The notes beneath the pieces were generated by a model, which was not told the DNA's origin, did no database searches, and worked only from the letters and a program-made list of their open reading frames with translations. A DNA stretch of 63,709 nt, the filler included, from a candidate division WOR-3 bacterium (lineage in GTDB: Bacteria; SDB-A), in the NCBI GenBank assembly GCA_016934535.1. It is 5 parts of 5 records of this genome, joined end to end, with 100 filler letters (N's around TTAATTAATTAA, not from the genome) between each part and the next. Parts side by side here need not be neighbours in the genome. Positions count along the whole stretch, not along the records: positions 32,066 to 59,668 come from JAFGSQ010000066.1; 4 more parts are not named here. One strand, 5' to 3'. Positions 37,041 through 46,909 of the stretch are shown here, piece by piece. The position numbers and the translations under genes were made by a program. Position 1 is the first letter of the stretch; each line of letters starts with the position of its first letter.

Positions 37041-37876
37041 ATCACGGCGCGAGCCTTTCTCGCGGCACAGCATAGAAAAGATACTGAAACGGGGTATGTC
37101 GAAATGTGCCGGGGAAAAGTTTCAATGAAAAGGTCGAGAGCCGTCGGGCGGCCTCCGAAACCTGCAGGACCTATGCCGATAGAATTTATTTTTTCGAGCC
37201 ATTTCATTTCAATGTCTGCCATTCCGGGGTCAGGATTGCGGGTACCCAAATCCCTCAGGAGAGATTTCAAAGACAAAAAAGATGCGCGGTCAGCAGTTCC
37301 GCCGGTGCCTATTCCTATTATCAGCGGAGGGCAGGCATTTAATCCATGTTTGCGGACTGTTTCTTCGACGAATTCATACATGTCATTTTCACTGGCGTCG
37401 GGAAGGAACATTTTTGAACGTCCCGAATTTTCGGATCCGCCTCCTTTGAGAAGCACTGTCAGGCTGATGTTATCTCCTTCGACCAAAGAAACATAAACGG
37501 AAGCCGGAGATGAGCGGATCAGGGAGTTGTTTCCGGTCAAGAAATCAGAGACCATGGATTTCCTCAAAATCCCTTTTTCACCGGCTCGCCTTACTCCTTC
37601 GTTAATTTCGTTTTCAATGTCGACGCCTGAAAGAATAACGCCTGTTCCGATGTCGGCAAAAACGCATACTACACCAGTGTCCTGACAAAGGGGCCTTTTT
37701 TCACTTTGAGCTATTCGGTTATTGTCAAGAATCAACTTAATTATTCCCGGGTTTTTTGGATTATCTTTTAAATATTTCTCGTAATATGCTTTGACATCAG
37801 AGCTGAGGGATTGCGAGTTTCTCTCGCAAAGGTTGAATACAACGGATTCAATCTGTCCCTTTTCCAGGAGTCTCAT
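37037..37876 (-). CDS. Class I fumarate hydratase/tartrate dehydratase alpha subunit (Fe-S)
   Basis: PLCQDTG, KGGGSEN, NACPP, GIGTGGT, GIGPAGFGG, CCAAR. Confidence 0.9.
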   Translation of the reverse strand: MRLLEKGQIESVVFNLCERNSQSLSSDVKAYYEKYLKDNPKNPGIIKLILDNNRIAQSEKRPLCQDTGVVCVFADIGTGVILSGVDIENEINEGVRRAGEKGILRKSMVSDFLTGNNSLIRSSPASVYVSLVEGDNISLTVLLKGGGSENSGRSKMFLPDASENDMYEFVEETVRKHGLNACPPLIIGIGTGGTADRASFLSLKSLLRDLGTRNPDPGMADIEMKWLEKINSIGIGPAGFGGRPTALDLFIETFPRHISTYPVSVSFLCCAARKARAVI

Positions 37877-37885
37877 ATATGATTT

Positions 37886-40285
37886 TTATCTGATAAACAA
37901 AATTTTATTCGTGCTTGTTTCATTTCCGATAAGAAGATTGATGAAATACACCCCTTTCGGAGACAATGAACCGGAATTATCCCTGCCGTCCCAAACGAAC
38001 TCGTAACTTCCCGGGAGCCGGAATCCGTCAAATATCGTTTTGACCAACTGTCCCGCCGCGTTATAAACCCTAAGTTGAACAACGAGACCATTCTCTAAGG
38101 AAAATATTATCCTGACCGAACTGCTGAATGGATTGGGGTATGACAGAAACGAACAATTCTGTGTCGGGGCAGTTTCATGGCTTTCATCAACATCTGTAAA
38201 TATACTCCCATAGTAACAAGCCATATTCGCCGATAAAAATCCACCGGCAAAAGTATAATTACCGCAGGCAAATATGACTGATTCTTGAATTATTATATTT
38301 GTTACTGAATCGTTATATTCATTGCCCAATCCGCCCCCGACTTCTTCCCATGAATTACCGTTCCATTTAGTTATTTTATCGGCGAAGAAATTATCCCCTG
38401 CTTCAGTAAACATCCCTCCCACATAAACAGCATCATCGGACAAAGTAATTACTGACACGGAATTGTTAAAACATCCTCCGAGGTCTTCCCAGCTTGTTCC
38501 GTTCCAAAGAGCGAAAAAATCAGCGTTCGGATTTCCTCCCGCGTTGGTGAAATATCCTCCTGCGTAAATTCCTTCACTATTAACAGCTATAGCTTTTACA
38601 ACATTGTTCAATCCTCCGCCTACATCTTCCCAAGAAACACCGTTCCATTTTGCAATATAGTCCGCGTCTGGATTTCCTCCAGCGTTGGTGAAATTTCCTC
38701 CAACGAAAATATCACCATTATAAAAAGCTATCGTATAAACAATATTGTTCAGTCCTTCTCCGAGGTTTTCCCAGTTTGTTCCATTCCACACTGCTATGTG
38801 GTTTGCATCGGTATTACCTCCAGCGTAAAAAAAATCTCCTCCCGCATACAGCAAACCGTCTTTAACTGCTAACACGAAGACTGAAGCATTCAATCCGTTT
38901 CCGAGCGGCACAAAGTTTGTCCCGTCCCATTTGGTAATGTTTCTATTCAATGCAGAATTTCCTGCTGAAGCAAAATAACCACCGATGTACAAATCACCCG
39001 AATGAAGCAACGAAGTAAAAATTTTTCCTGAATGAATTATCCCATCTCCCAATGAAACCCACTGGGAGCCTGTCCATTTTATCAAACTTTCGCTGTATGG
39101 CACGCCGGGTCTCGCAGGAAAATATCCGCCGACAACAATTTCCTCTCCTAAAAAAGCCAAGGTATTGACTGTGGAAAGAATATAATCGTAATAAATCCCT
39201 CCGCCTATAGGACGCCAGGTTACGGATGGTGTTTTAGCCACTTTATCCGCCAGGGGATTTTCTCCGGCATTCTGGAAAGATCCTCCTATGTATATACAGT
39301 CGTTGTCAAAGGCAAATGAGCTGACGAATCCGTTTAAGCCGTTTCCATAAGAATTCCAATATCTGCCATCCCACAAGGCAAAGTAATCTGCGTCCTGGTT
39401 GCAGGAACCTGCATTGGTAAAATAACCGCAGGCAAAGAGGTAGTTGTCTTCCACTAATATGAAGTTTACAGTGTTGTTGATAATGCTGTAGGAAGTGTTT
39501 TCAGAAATAGCCTGCCAATCGCCATTTTTCCACTTTGCTATATAATCAGCTGTGTTGTTGTTACCGGCATATGTGAAACTGCCACCGGCGAAAACAGCGG
39601 AATCCGTATATTCAATAGTCAAAACTCTTCCGTTCAGGCCTTCTCCCATTGGATTCCATGAAGAATTTTCAAGGTAACAGATCCTGTCCGCGTCGGGATC
39701 ACTTCCTGCGTCAGTAAAATCTCCGCCAATGTATATTCGATTGTCTTTGACTGTAATGGCATACACTGGCGCGTTCAGTCCGTTACCGATTGAATTCCAG
39801 TTTAATCCGTCCCATTTTGCAATATAATCAGCGTTGGGGTTGCCTCCTGCATCCGTAAAGTTACCTCCTGCATACAAAACGTCTGAAAGGCAAGCGATAG
39901 CGAAAACGTATCCGTTAAGACCTTCTCCGAGGGATTGCCACGAATTTCCATTCCATACGGAAATGTAGTCGGCGTAATTATCCCCACCTGCGTTAGTGAA
40001 ATGGCCGCCGGCGATTATTCCATTCTCAAAAGGCGCAATTATTCTCACATATCCGTTTAAACCAGAACCGAGAGAACTCCAATTGTTGCCGTCCCATTTT
40101 GCAATGTAGTCTGCGTAAGAAATACCTCCCGCGTCTGTGAACATGCCACCGGCATAGATATACCCGTCATTTTTGCAGAGGGTCAATACGGTGTTGTTGA
40201 CTCCTTCGTCAAGAGGCATCCAGTAATGAGCGCAAACAGCTTGTGGAATGAATAAAATACAGACGCTTAATAATCTAAATCTCAT
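37886..40285 (-). CDS. Secreted beta-propeller-like repeat protein with T9SS/FlgD-type C-terminal domain
   Basis: Signal peptide from ATG 40285; over ten ~50-aa repeats GGxFTxAGGxxxAxxIAxWxGxxWxxLGxGLNxxV; YPNPFSS...VYNAAGQLV...WDGRD...GVYF. Confidence 0.85.
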   Translation of the reverse strand: MRFRLLSVCILFIPQAVCAHYWMPLDEGVNNTVLTLCKNDGYIYAGGMFTDAGGISYADYIAKWDGNNWSSLGSGLNGYVRIIAPFENGIIAGGHFTNAGGDNYADYISVWNGNSWQSLGEGLNGYVFAIACLSDVLYAGGNFTDAGGNPNADYIAKWDGLNWNSIGNGLNAPVYAITVKDNRIYIGGDFTDAGSDPDADRICYLENSSWNPMGEGLNGRVLTIEYTDSAVFAGGSFTYAGNNNTADYIAKWKNGDWQAISENTSYSIINNTVNFILVEDNYLFACGYFTNAGSCNQDADYFALWDGRYWNSYGNGLNGFVSSFAFDNDCIYIGGSFQNAGENPLADKVAKTPSVTWRPIGGGIYYDYILSTVNTLAFLGEEIVVGGYFPARPGVPYSESLIKWTGSQWVSLGDGIIHSGKIFTSLLHSGDLYIGGYFASAGNSALNRNITKWDGTNFVPLGNGLNASVFVLAVKDGLLYAGGDFFYAGGNTDANHIAVWNGTNWENLGEGLNNIVYTIAFYNGDIFVGGNFTNAGGNPDADYIAKWNGVSWEDVGGGLNNVVKAIAVNSEGIYAGGYFTNAGGNPNADFFALWNGTSWEDLGGCFNNSVSVITLSDDAVYVGGMFTEAGDNFFADKITKWNGNSWEEVGGGLGNEYNDSVTNIIIQESVIFACGNYTFAGGFLSANMACYYGSIFTDVDESHETAPTQNCSFLSYPNPFSSSVRIIFSLENGLVVQLRVYNAAGQLVKTIFDGFRLPGSYEFVWDGRDNSGSLSPKGVYFINLLIGNETSTNKILFIR

Positions 40286-40408
40286 TTTCAAGCCTTTTTT
40301 AGTATAGTATAGCATCTGTGAATGATACCCGCCTGTATTTTTATGGAAAATGGAATAAAACCTCTCGAGTTCATTGGAATATGCCGGGCACTTGTGTATA
40401 ATGTCCAC

Positions 40409-42580
40409 ATGACTTTTGTCTCAGTTTTCATTTTATACATTTTGCAATCGTTTCTGACTCTGCAAAGTTCAAACGACCGCGAAACAAGGATCGGTCTGGT
40501 TCTCAGCGGAGGAGGGGCGAGGGGTTTCGCTCACATAGGTGTTTTAAAAGTTCTTGAAGAAGCCGGATTCTCTTTTGATTTCATTGGCGGAACGAGCATG
40601 GGTTCCATTGTCGGAGGACTTTACGCTTCCGGTTACACGGCGGGGGAAATCGAAAGCCTCACGACGGAAATCGATTGGAAAGACTTGTTCAACGACGAAG
40701 TAAAAAGAAGAGATCTGCCTTTTGACGAGAGAAGTTATTCCGGAAAATACATAGGAGGTCTGGATTTTGAAGGTTATAAACCCGTATTACCGCTCGGGTT
40801 GATTGAAGGGCAGAGGATCGAAGCCCTTCTGTCCCGCTTGACATGGAAATCAAACACAATCGAGGATTTTTCCGATCTGCCGGTTTCTTTTATTTGTCTG
40901 GCGGCAGACGTGGAAAGATCTCAGGCCGTAGTTCTGAATAATGGTCTCCTTTTCGAAGCGATGAGAGCGAGCATGGCTATTCCGACCGTATTTACTCCCG
41001 TCATGATAGACAGGAGACTGCTTGTCGACGGGGGAACGATAAGGAATTTTCCCGTTCAGGACGTCAGGGATCTCGGAGCGGATTACATCATCGGAGTGGA
41101 TATCGGCACTCCGACAAAACGATTGTCGGATCTCCGTTCCGCAGTAGACATAATAAATCAGGTAATAGGTTTCAGGAACACGGAGACGAATCTTGAACAG
41201 CGAGCCATGTGCGATCTTCTAATAACTCCGGATCTTCAGGGGTATTCAAGCTACGATTTTTCTGATCCGGATTCACTTGTACGCCTTGGCGAAATTGGCG
41301 CCAGAGAAGTTTTTGACAGGCTCGAGTTTGTGGCCGACAGCCTGAGAACAGAAGATGTCACCGGAACGAGAAGCGTTAATTTCACGGAGGATTCGATTTT
41401 CGTGGAAGACATCTATGTTATGGGCCTCAGGGAAGTGACAAGAAATTTTGTCGTTTCTTCATTCGGTCACCAGACTCCCGGGTGGCTTGACGCAAAGAAG
41501 ATAGACGAAGGTGTGGAAAGAATTTACAACACGCTGTTTTTCAGAAAGGTCAATTACAGGATAAAAGCGACCGACACGGCATACGTTCTGGTGCTTATTG
41601 TCGAAGAAAACAAGAACGACCGCATAAATCTCGGTTTGCGATACGATTCGTACAATAACGCTCAGATGCTGGTCAATCTGACGATGAGGAATTTTCTCGT
41701 TCACAGTTCAAAGTTCGTATTAGACCTGAAACTGGGCGAAGATTATTCTTTCGGTTTTAATTACTTTCTTTTCACTATGCTCGGATACGTGAGAAATAAA
41801 ACAGGGATTATTCTGTCTGCGGGACTGGATCAGAAATATTTTTATCTGTATCATAACGGTGACAGATTCGCAAAACTCGACTTTAAATCCCTTTACAGTT
41901 CACTGTCGGCGGGATTGACCCTTTACAACAACATCTGCATGAGCGCGGGAGTTAAATTCGACTTTTCTTCGCTGAAGCCGTCTGTGGCGCCTATAGATTT
42001 CAAAAACAGCAAGTACGGCGGGTTTGTCTACCGAGGCACTCTGGAAAGTGATTATTTGGACAGGGCATATTTCACGAGGTCAGGCTTCAAAACTCTGTTT
42101 GAGATCATTGTTGCAGACAAGAATTTCGGTTCCGAAGAGAATTTTATCAAATTAAGTGCGGACCTGTCATTTTTCATACCGGCAGCAAAAAGAACCGTTC
42201 TATTCGGAGGTGTCTGGGCGGGATTTTCCGAGGCAGATTCCCTGTCAATCCAAAACCGTTATTACACTGGCGGTCACAAAGGCACTGCATGCTATAATAC
42301 TTTTCTGGGAAGTGAAAACATGGAATTGACGGGAGAACAGATGGCGGCATTCAGGGTAGGTCTTCAGTTGGAACCTTTTGACGACAGATACATTGAATTT
42401 CAGATTAACGCCGCGAAAACAGCGAAAGAGGCTGATGAAATATTGATTCCTGAAAATATTTATTACGGGGCGGGAGTAACTTTAGGAGGGAACACCCCAA
42501 TAGGTCCTGTTTTTCTTTCAATTGCAGGTAAAGACGCGGAAAATATTAATCTTTACATCAATATCGGCTATGACTTTTAA
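40409..42580 (+). CDS. Patatin-like phospholipase with POTRA and probable Omp85-type beta-barrel (type Vd/PlpD-like)
   Basis: GGGARG, GTSMG, DGG; C-terminal TPIGPV...YINIGYDF barrel ending in Phe. Confidence 0.88.
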   Translation: MTFVSVFILYILQSFLTLQSSNDRETRIGLVLSGGGARGFAHIGVLKVLEEAGFSFDFIGGTSMGSIVGGLYASGYTAGEIESLTTEIDWKDLFNDEVKRRDLPFDERSYSGKYIGGLDFEGYKPVLPLGLIEGQRIEALLSRLTWKSNTIEDFSDLPVSFICLAADVERSQAVVLNNGLLFEAMRASMAIPTVFTPVMIDRRLLVDGGTIRNFPVQDVRDLGADYIIGVDIGTPTKRLSDLRSAVDIINQVIGFRNTETNLEQRAMCDLLITPDLQGYSSYDFSDPDSLVRLGEIGAREVFDRLEFVADSLRTEDVTGTRSVNFTEDSIFVEDIYVMGLREVTRNFVVSSFGHQTPGWLDAKKIDEGVERIYNTLFFRKVNYRIKATDTAYVLVLIVEENKNDRINLGLRYDSYNNAQMLVNLTMRNFLVHSSKFVLDLKLGEDYSFGFNYFLFTMLGYVRNKTGIILSAGLDQKYFYLYHNGDRFAKLDFKSLYSSLSAGLTLYNNICMSAGVKFDFSSLKPSVAPIDFKNSKYGGFVYRGTLESDYLDRAYFTRSGFKTLFEIIVADKNFGSEENFIKLSADLSFFIPAAKRTVLFGGVWAGFSEADSLSIQNRYYTGGHKGTACYNTFLGSENMELTGEQMAAFRVGLQLEPFDDRYIEFQINAAKTAKEADEILIPENIYYGAGVTLGGNTPIGPVFLSIAGKDAENINLYINIGYDF

Positions 42581-42622
42581 TATGTTGAAAGTATCATCCG
42601 TAGAAGACAAAAAGGAGTGAAA

Positions 42623-43147
42623 ATGAAAAAATCGATTTTTGCCCTGATTCTTGCTGTTCTGGCGGTCTCTTTATCGGCGGAAACAATAAACAGTATCAGA
42701 GAAGCTTACAACGAAGCGAATAAAATGATACAAAATGAAGAATTGTACAGGACTGAAATTTCGGTCAACAGTTCAGACATGCCCTTTCCCGCAGTCGGAA
42801 TTTTCAACAAATCTGTTGTCTGTTATTGGGCTTGCGAGCCCGAATCGGACGATTTTTACAGATTGATTAAAGTGCATTGCAAACTGATAATATCCGCTTT
42901 CGAAGAATACACGGAGGTCCTTTACAATGACATGGGTCAGCCGATATTCTGCTACAAAAAAGGCGGATACGGAGAACAGGAAGACAGAGAGGAGAGATAT
43001 TATTTTTCAGATTTAAAACTGATAAGATTGATATCAGGCGGAGATACGTTCGATTCTCCAGGCAATGAACAATTATCGGAAGCTGAAGAAGTGCTCAAAG
43101 AGGCGGAGAATTTTTATAAAGCTTTCGCTTTTTTGCACTCGGATTGA
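42623..43147 (+). CDS. Secreted hypothetical protein
   Basis: Signal peptide ending SLSA; AAGGAG RBS. Confidence 0.65.
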   Translation: MKKSIFALILAVLAVSLSAETINSIREAYNEANKMIQNEELYRTEISVNSSDMPFPAVGIFNKSVVCYWACEPESDDFYRLIKVHCKLIISAFEEYTEVLYNDMGQPIFCYKKGGYGEQEDREERYYFSDLKLIRLISGGDTFDSPGNEQLSEAEEVLKEAENFYKAFAFLHSD

Positions 43148-43179
43148 TAAATTAAAAACACTAATATTTTGCAAGTACG

Positions 43180-44067
43180 ATGAAAAACAAATATTTTACA
43201 GTATTCCTGATACTCTCTGTCATAGGTACGGGTTTATTGAGCCAGGCGAACCCGGCACTGCACGAATACGAGCTTAAAACCCACGAACTCGTAAATGATT
43301 TCAGAGAATCGGCGGGATTGAAAAGACTCGACTTCGATGAAACTGTCGCCGACCAATGCAGGGAGCACAGCAGATTTATGGCGGCTTTATCCGGATCGCT
43401 CTCGCACGATGGATTCCGAGACAGAGTGAAAAGAATTCAGGAAACGATACCGCTTCGATCTGCCGCTGAAAACGTAGCAAGCAACCTGAACACTCCGGAT
43501 CCTTGTTCCACAGCTGTGACAGGCTGGATAAACAGCCCCCCGCACAAGGAAAACATGGTGAACGACTGGGATATAACGGGAATAGGCGTTTCTATTTCTC
43601 CGGAAGGCAAATTCTATTTCACGCAGATATTCGTCCTTTTACAGGACACTGCGCTCAACGAAACATACACCATCGAGGAAATAGAAACAGGCTTAAAATC
43701 ATTAACAGACGATTACAGAGCCGCGTCGGGAGCAGTACAGATTGCATGGAGCGACACTCTCTCTTCGATCGCCAGGCAAATAAGTCAAGAACTAAGTAAG
43801 GAATCTTCTGACAGCAGGAGAGTTCTTTCCTCTCTGACAGACAGTGTGGAGAAGTATTACAATATAGAAAAAGTCGGAGAAATAATATCGACGAGCAGCG
43901 GCTTGGAAATACCTCACGAAGAGATATTCGGGCACTGGATGGAAGACAGCGGATACAGATCTTTGTTGGGAGGAGATTTTGATATTGCGGGTGTGGGGAT
44001 TGTTTTGTCGCCTGAAAACAAACACTTTGCCGTGATGGTTCTGGTAAAGTTAACGGAGAGAAGATGA
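43180..44067 (+). CDS. CAP (SCP/Tpx-1/Ag5) domain protein, two domains, the second degenerate
   Basis: HSRFMA, SHDG, AENVA, WINSPPHKENM, GIGV, YFTQIF; second copy lacks the His residues. Confidence 0.85.
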   Translation: MKNKYFTVFLILSVIGTGLLSQANPALHEYELKTHELVNDFRESAGLKRLDFDETVADQCREHSRFMAALSGSLSHDGFRDRVKRIQETIPLRSAAENVASNLNTPDPCSTAVTGWINSPPHKENMVNDWDITGIGVSISPEGKFYFTQIFVLLQDTALNETYTIEEIETGLKSLTDDYRAASGAVQIAWSDTLSSIARQISQELSKESSDSRRVLSSLTDSVEKYYNIEKVGEIISTSSGLEIPHEEIFGHWMEDSGYRSLLGGDFDIAGVGIVLSPENKHFAVMVLVKLTERR

Positions 44068-44639
44068 AATATTTTAAAAAAATAGCGGGGAAAAAAGTTT
44101 ATTTGTCGCCAATTGACATCGAAGACTGCGAGCAATATACCGAGTGGATGAACGATCCGGAAATTACCGTAAATCTGGATTGTTTGGCCGGCAATTATTC
44201 TGTCATCAAAGAAAGAGAAATTTTGGAAAAACTGGCGAAGCATGAATTTGTATTCGCCATTGTCGATAAAAACAGCGATAAACTGATAGGCAACTGCGGG
44301 CTTCATAACATAGACACCGTCAACCGGAAAGCTTCTCTCGGCATATTCATCGGGGACAAAGGACATTGGGACAGGGGTTTCGGGACTGAAGCCGTAAGCC
44401 TTCTGCTCGATTATTCTTTCAACGCCCTGAATTTGAACAGTGTAATGCTCGTAGTAAAGGAATTCAACAAACGAGGATTAAAATGCTACGAAAAATGCGG
44501 TTTCAAAAAAATTGGAATCAGGCGGGAGGCGGCAATAATAGCCGGAAATAAATACGGCGAAGTCATGATGGATATTTTAGCTGTCGAGTTCAAAGAAAAC
44601 CGTTTCGCAGATTATTTGAAAGATAAAAAACGCTCATGA
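44064..44639 (+). CDS. GNAT acetyltransferase (RimJ/RimL type)
   Basis: LGIFIG...WDRGFGTEA...YEKCGF. Confidence 0.88.
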   Translation: MKYFKKIAGKKVYLSPIDIEDCEQYTEWMNDPEITVNLDCLAGNYSVIKEREILEKLAKHEFVFAIVDKNSDKLIGNCGLHNIDTVNRKASLGIFIGDKGHWDRGFGTEAVSLLLDYSFNALNLNSVMLVVKEFNKRGLKCYEKCGFKKIGIRREAAIIAGNKYGEVMMDILAVEFKENRFADYLKDKKRS

Positions 44640-44689
44640 ACGGAATTATGAAGATATTGCATAAATGTATATCGGAAAGAAGGTGAAGA

Positions 44690-45139
44690 ATGTTTAAAGA
44701 ATTCAAAGAATTCGCAGTAAAAGGTAACGCCGTTGATATGGCCGTCGGTATCATTATCGGAGCGGCTTTTGGCGCGATTGTCCAATCGATTGTCGCCGAT
44801 ATCATCATGCCTCCTCTGGGACTGCTGATAGGAAAAGTGGATTTCGCGAATTTGTTTATTCTTCTTCACAACGGCACCCCCCAGGGACCTTATTCTTCGC
44901 TTGCAAACGCGCAGGCGGCTGGTGCCGTGACAATAAACTACGGAAATTTCATAAACATAGTCATAAGGTTTGTAATAGTGGCTTTCGTCGTTTTTATGCT
45001 GGTAAAAAGCATAAATAAACTCAAAAGGCAGGAAAAAGCCGAGATAAAACCGGATTCAAAGGAATGCCCTTTCTGCTGTTCAAAAATTTCGATAAAAGCG
45101 ACACGTTGTCCGAATTGCACTTCAGAAATAAAAGAATGA
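44690..45139 (+). CDS. mscL: Large-conductance mechanosensitive channel with C-terminal zinc ribbon
   Basis: [23 protein letters not shown]...INYGNFI; tail CPFC...RCPNCTS. Confidence 0.95.
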   Translation: MFKEFKEFAVKGNAVDMAVGIIIGAAFGAIVQSIVADIIMPPLGLLIGKVDFANLFILLHNGTPQGPYSSLANAQAAGAVTINYGNFINIVIRFVIVAFVVFMLVKSINKLKRQEKAEIKPDSKECPFCCSKISIKATRCPNCTSEIKE

Positions 45140-45411
45140 TAAGTCAAAAAAATGACTCAATTAGAAAACTTAAAAAAATCCCGGGAATCGGACCGAGTAT
45201 GGCCGAAGATCTTTACGATCTCGGAATGCGAAAGGTATCAGATCTGAAGAAAAAAGATCCCGAACTGCTCTACAAAAAACTTTGCATACTCAGGGGCATT
45301 CGCATAGATCGCTGTGTTCTTTATGCATTCAGATGCGCTGTATACTTTGCATCAGAACACGAACACAAACCGGAATTGCTTAAGTGGTGGAACTGGAAAG
45401 ATAAAAAATAA
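45136..45411 (+). CDS. Helix-hairpin-helix protein (Cdd1/mitomycin-resistance-like family)
   Basis: [15 protein letters not shown]...[15 protein letters not shown]...KWWNWKD. Confidence 0.8.
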   Translation: MISQKNDSIRKLKKIPGIGPSMAEDLYDLGMRKVSDLKKKDPELLYKKLCILRGIRIDRCVLYAFRCAVYFASEHEHKPELLKWWNWKDKK

Positions 45412-45554
45412 ACAACATTTGCCACAGATTGCCGTCACTCATTTCCGTCAGGTTTAATCAGTACAGGTTCCGGAATTTTGACGAGAATAATTTTGCCGAT
45501 AAACGGATTATGGCCGATAATTGTCTGAAGTACTTGTGACAAAACTAATAGAGA

Positions 45555-46241
45555 ATGCCGGGAATCAAAGAGTTTGTTGAAAAATACGGATCCGGTTCCG
45601 TATTGGACGCCGGATGCGGAGACGGACAATTTACCAAAGAATTGTCACCGCACTGCCGTTTTATTGTCGCCGGGGACAGGGAGACAAGCTTTGTCAGGAA
45701 AGCGGGTGGCGGAGAAACTGTCAAAAACCTGTCTTTGCTGTGCCTCGACGCCGTTTCTCTGCCTTTTAAAGACGACGAATTTGATTTAGTGACCGCGCGA
45801 GCCATCCTGCATCACGAAAAAAACTGGCGTGAAGTTCTCGATGAACTTTTCAGGGTGTCTAAAGGAAAAGTTCTGATTGAAGAACCATACGAAGATAAAA
45901 GGAACGAAGGAAAGGTAAACGCCGCTGAAGCGATGGCTTTTTACCTGAGACTTCAGAATGAGACAGGATATGTTCATTTCAGATATTTGACGATGAACGA
46001 TTATGACAGCTATTTCAAAATGAAAAATTTATCGCATCAAATTTCAATAATCAGAAGCGACGAGGAAATAGGATTCGAAGAATATTTCCGCTTTTTCGAA
46101 AAATTCGCCGATAGAAGCCGGCGCAAAGATTACTGGTACAGTGAATTCGAAAAACTGAAAAGAGAATTTTCTTCAAAAACAATATTTGACGACGACTTGG
46201 TTTGCATAGAGGCTGAGAAAAAAAGTGATTTTTTAAAATAA
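45555..46241 (+). CDS. Class I SAM-dependent methyltransferase
   Basis: VLDAGCGDG, LPFKDDEFDLV, ILHH. Confidence 0.85.
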   Translation: MPGIKEFVEKYGSGSVLDAGCGDGQFTKELSPHCRFIVAGDRETSFVRKAGGGETVKNLSLLCLDAVSLPFKDDEFDLVTARAILHHEKNWREVLDELFRVSKGKVLIEEPYEDKRNEGKVNAAEAMAFYLRLQNETGYVHFRYLTMNDYDSYFKMKNLSHQISIIRSDEEIGFEEYFRFFEKFADRSRRKDYWYSEFEKLKREFSSKTIFDDDLVCIEAEKKSDFLK

Positions 46242-46325
46242 ATTTCAAAAATCGGCTTCTTTAGTGATTTTTTCCGTAAAAGTGGTAAAATACATGCGGG
46301 AAAAACCTGAAAAGAATTATCAATT

Positions 46326-46853
46326 ATGACAAATAAAAAAAACAACAAACCGCAGGTTTCATTAAAAAAAGCCGAAGAAAAAGACCTTCCGTATATCCGG
46401 AAACTTTGGGCGGATGAAAAGACCATGGCCGATGTAGGCGGAGTTGTTTTAATGAACGAAGAGAAGATGCTGAATTGGCACAGAAAAATTGAGGCTAGCG
46501 AAACCACTGATTATTACAGACTCATATTGAATCAGCAGGGAGAAATCGTCGGAGAAGTTAGCTTTCACAGATACAACGAGGCGGATAAAAGCGCTCACAT
46601 GAACATTAAAATCGAACATTCGCACAGAGGCATGGGTTATTCAAAAATCGCCCTGGCGGAGATTCTCAGGTACTTTTTCACTGAAAAACACGGAGAAATG
46701 ATGCTCGATGACGTAAGGGAAGAGAACATAAAAGCCATAAAATTCCTCCTGGCTTCAGGTTTTGAGATGTCTTCAGGACAGCCTCTGCCGAACACTGTCA
46801 GGCTGTTCATGTCGAAAAAAATGTACGAAAGAAAAATTTTGCGCCATAAATAA
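46326..46853 (+). CDS. GNAT family acetyltransferase
   Basis: HRGMGYS motif A; ENIKAIKFLLASGF. Confidence 0.8.
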   Translation: MTNKKNNKPQVSLKKAEEKDLPYIRKLWADEKTMADVGGVVLMNEEKMLNWHRKIEASETTDYYRLILNQQGEIVGEVSFHRYNEADKSAHMNIKIEHSHRGMGYSKIALAEILRYFFTEKHGEMMLDDVREENIKAIKFLLASGFEMSSGQPLPNTVRLFMSKKMYERKILRHK

Positions 46854-46909
46854 AATGAAAAATGTCCGGGTGTCAGAAAATGAAATTTAGAAAGAGGTAA
46901 AATCACGAC

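Noticed and set aside
44647-44665. TTATGAAGATATTGCATAA resembling the ArsR operator, upstream of mscL
   Set aside because: Only the outer 5 bp pair; plausible by chance in AT-rich DNA
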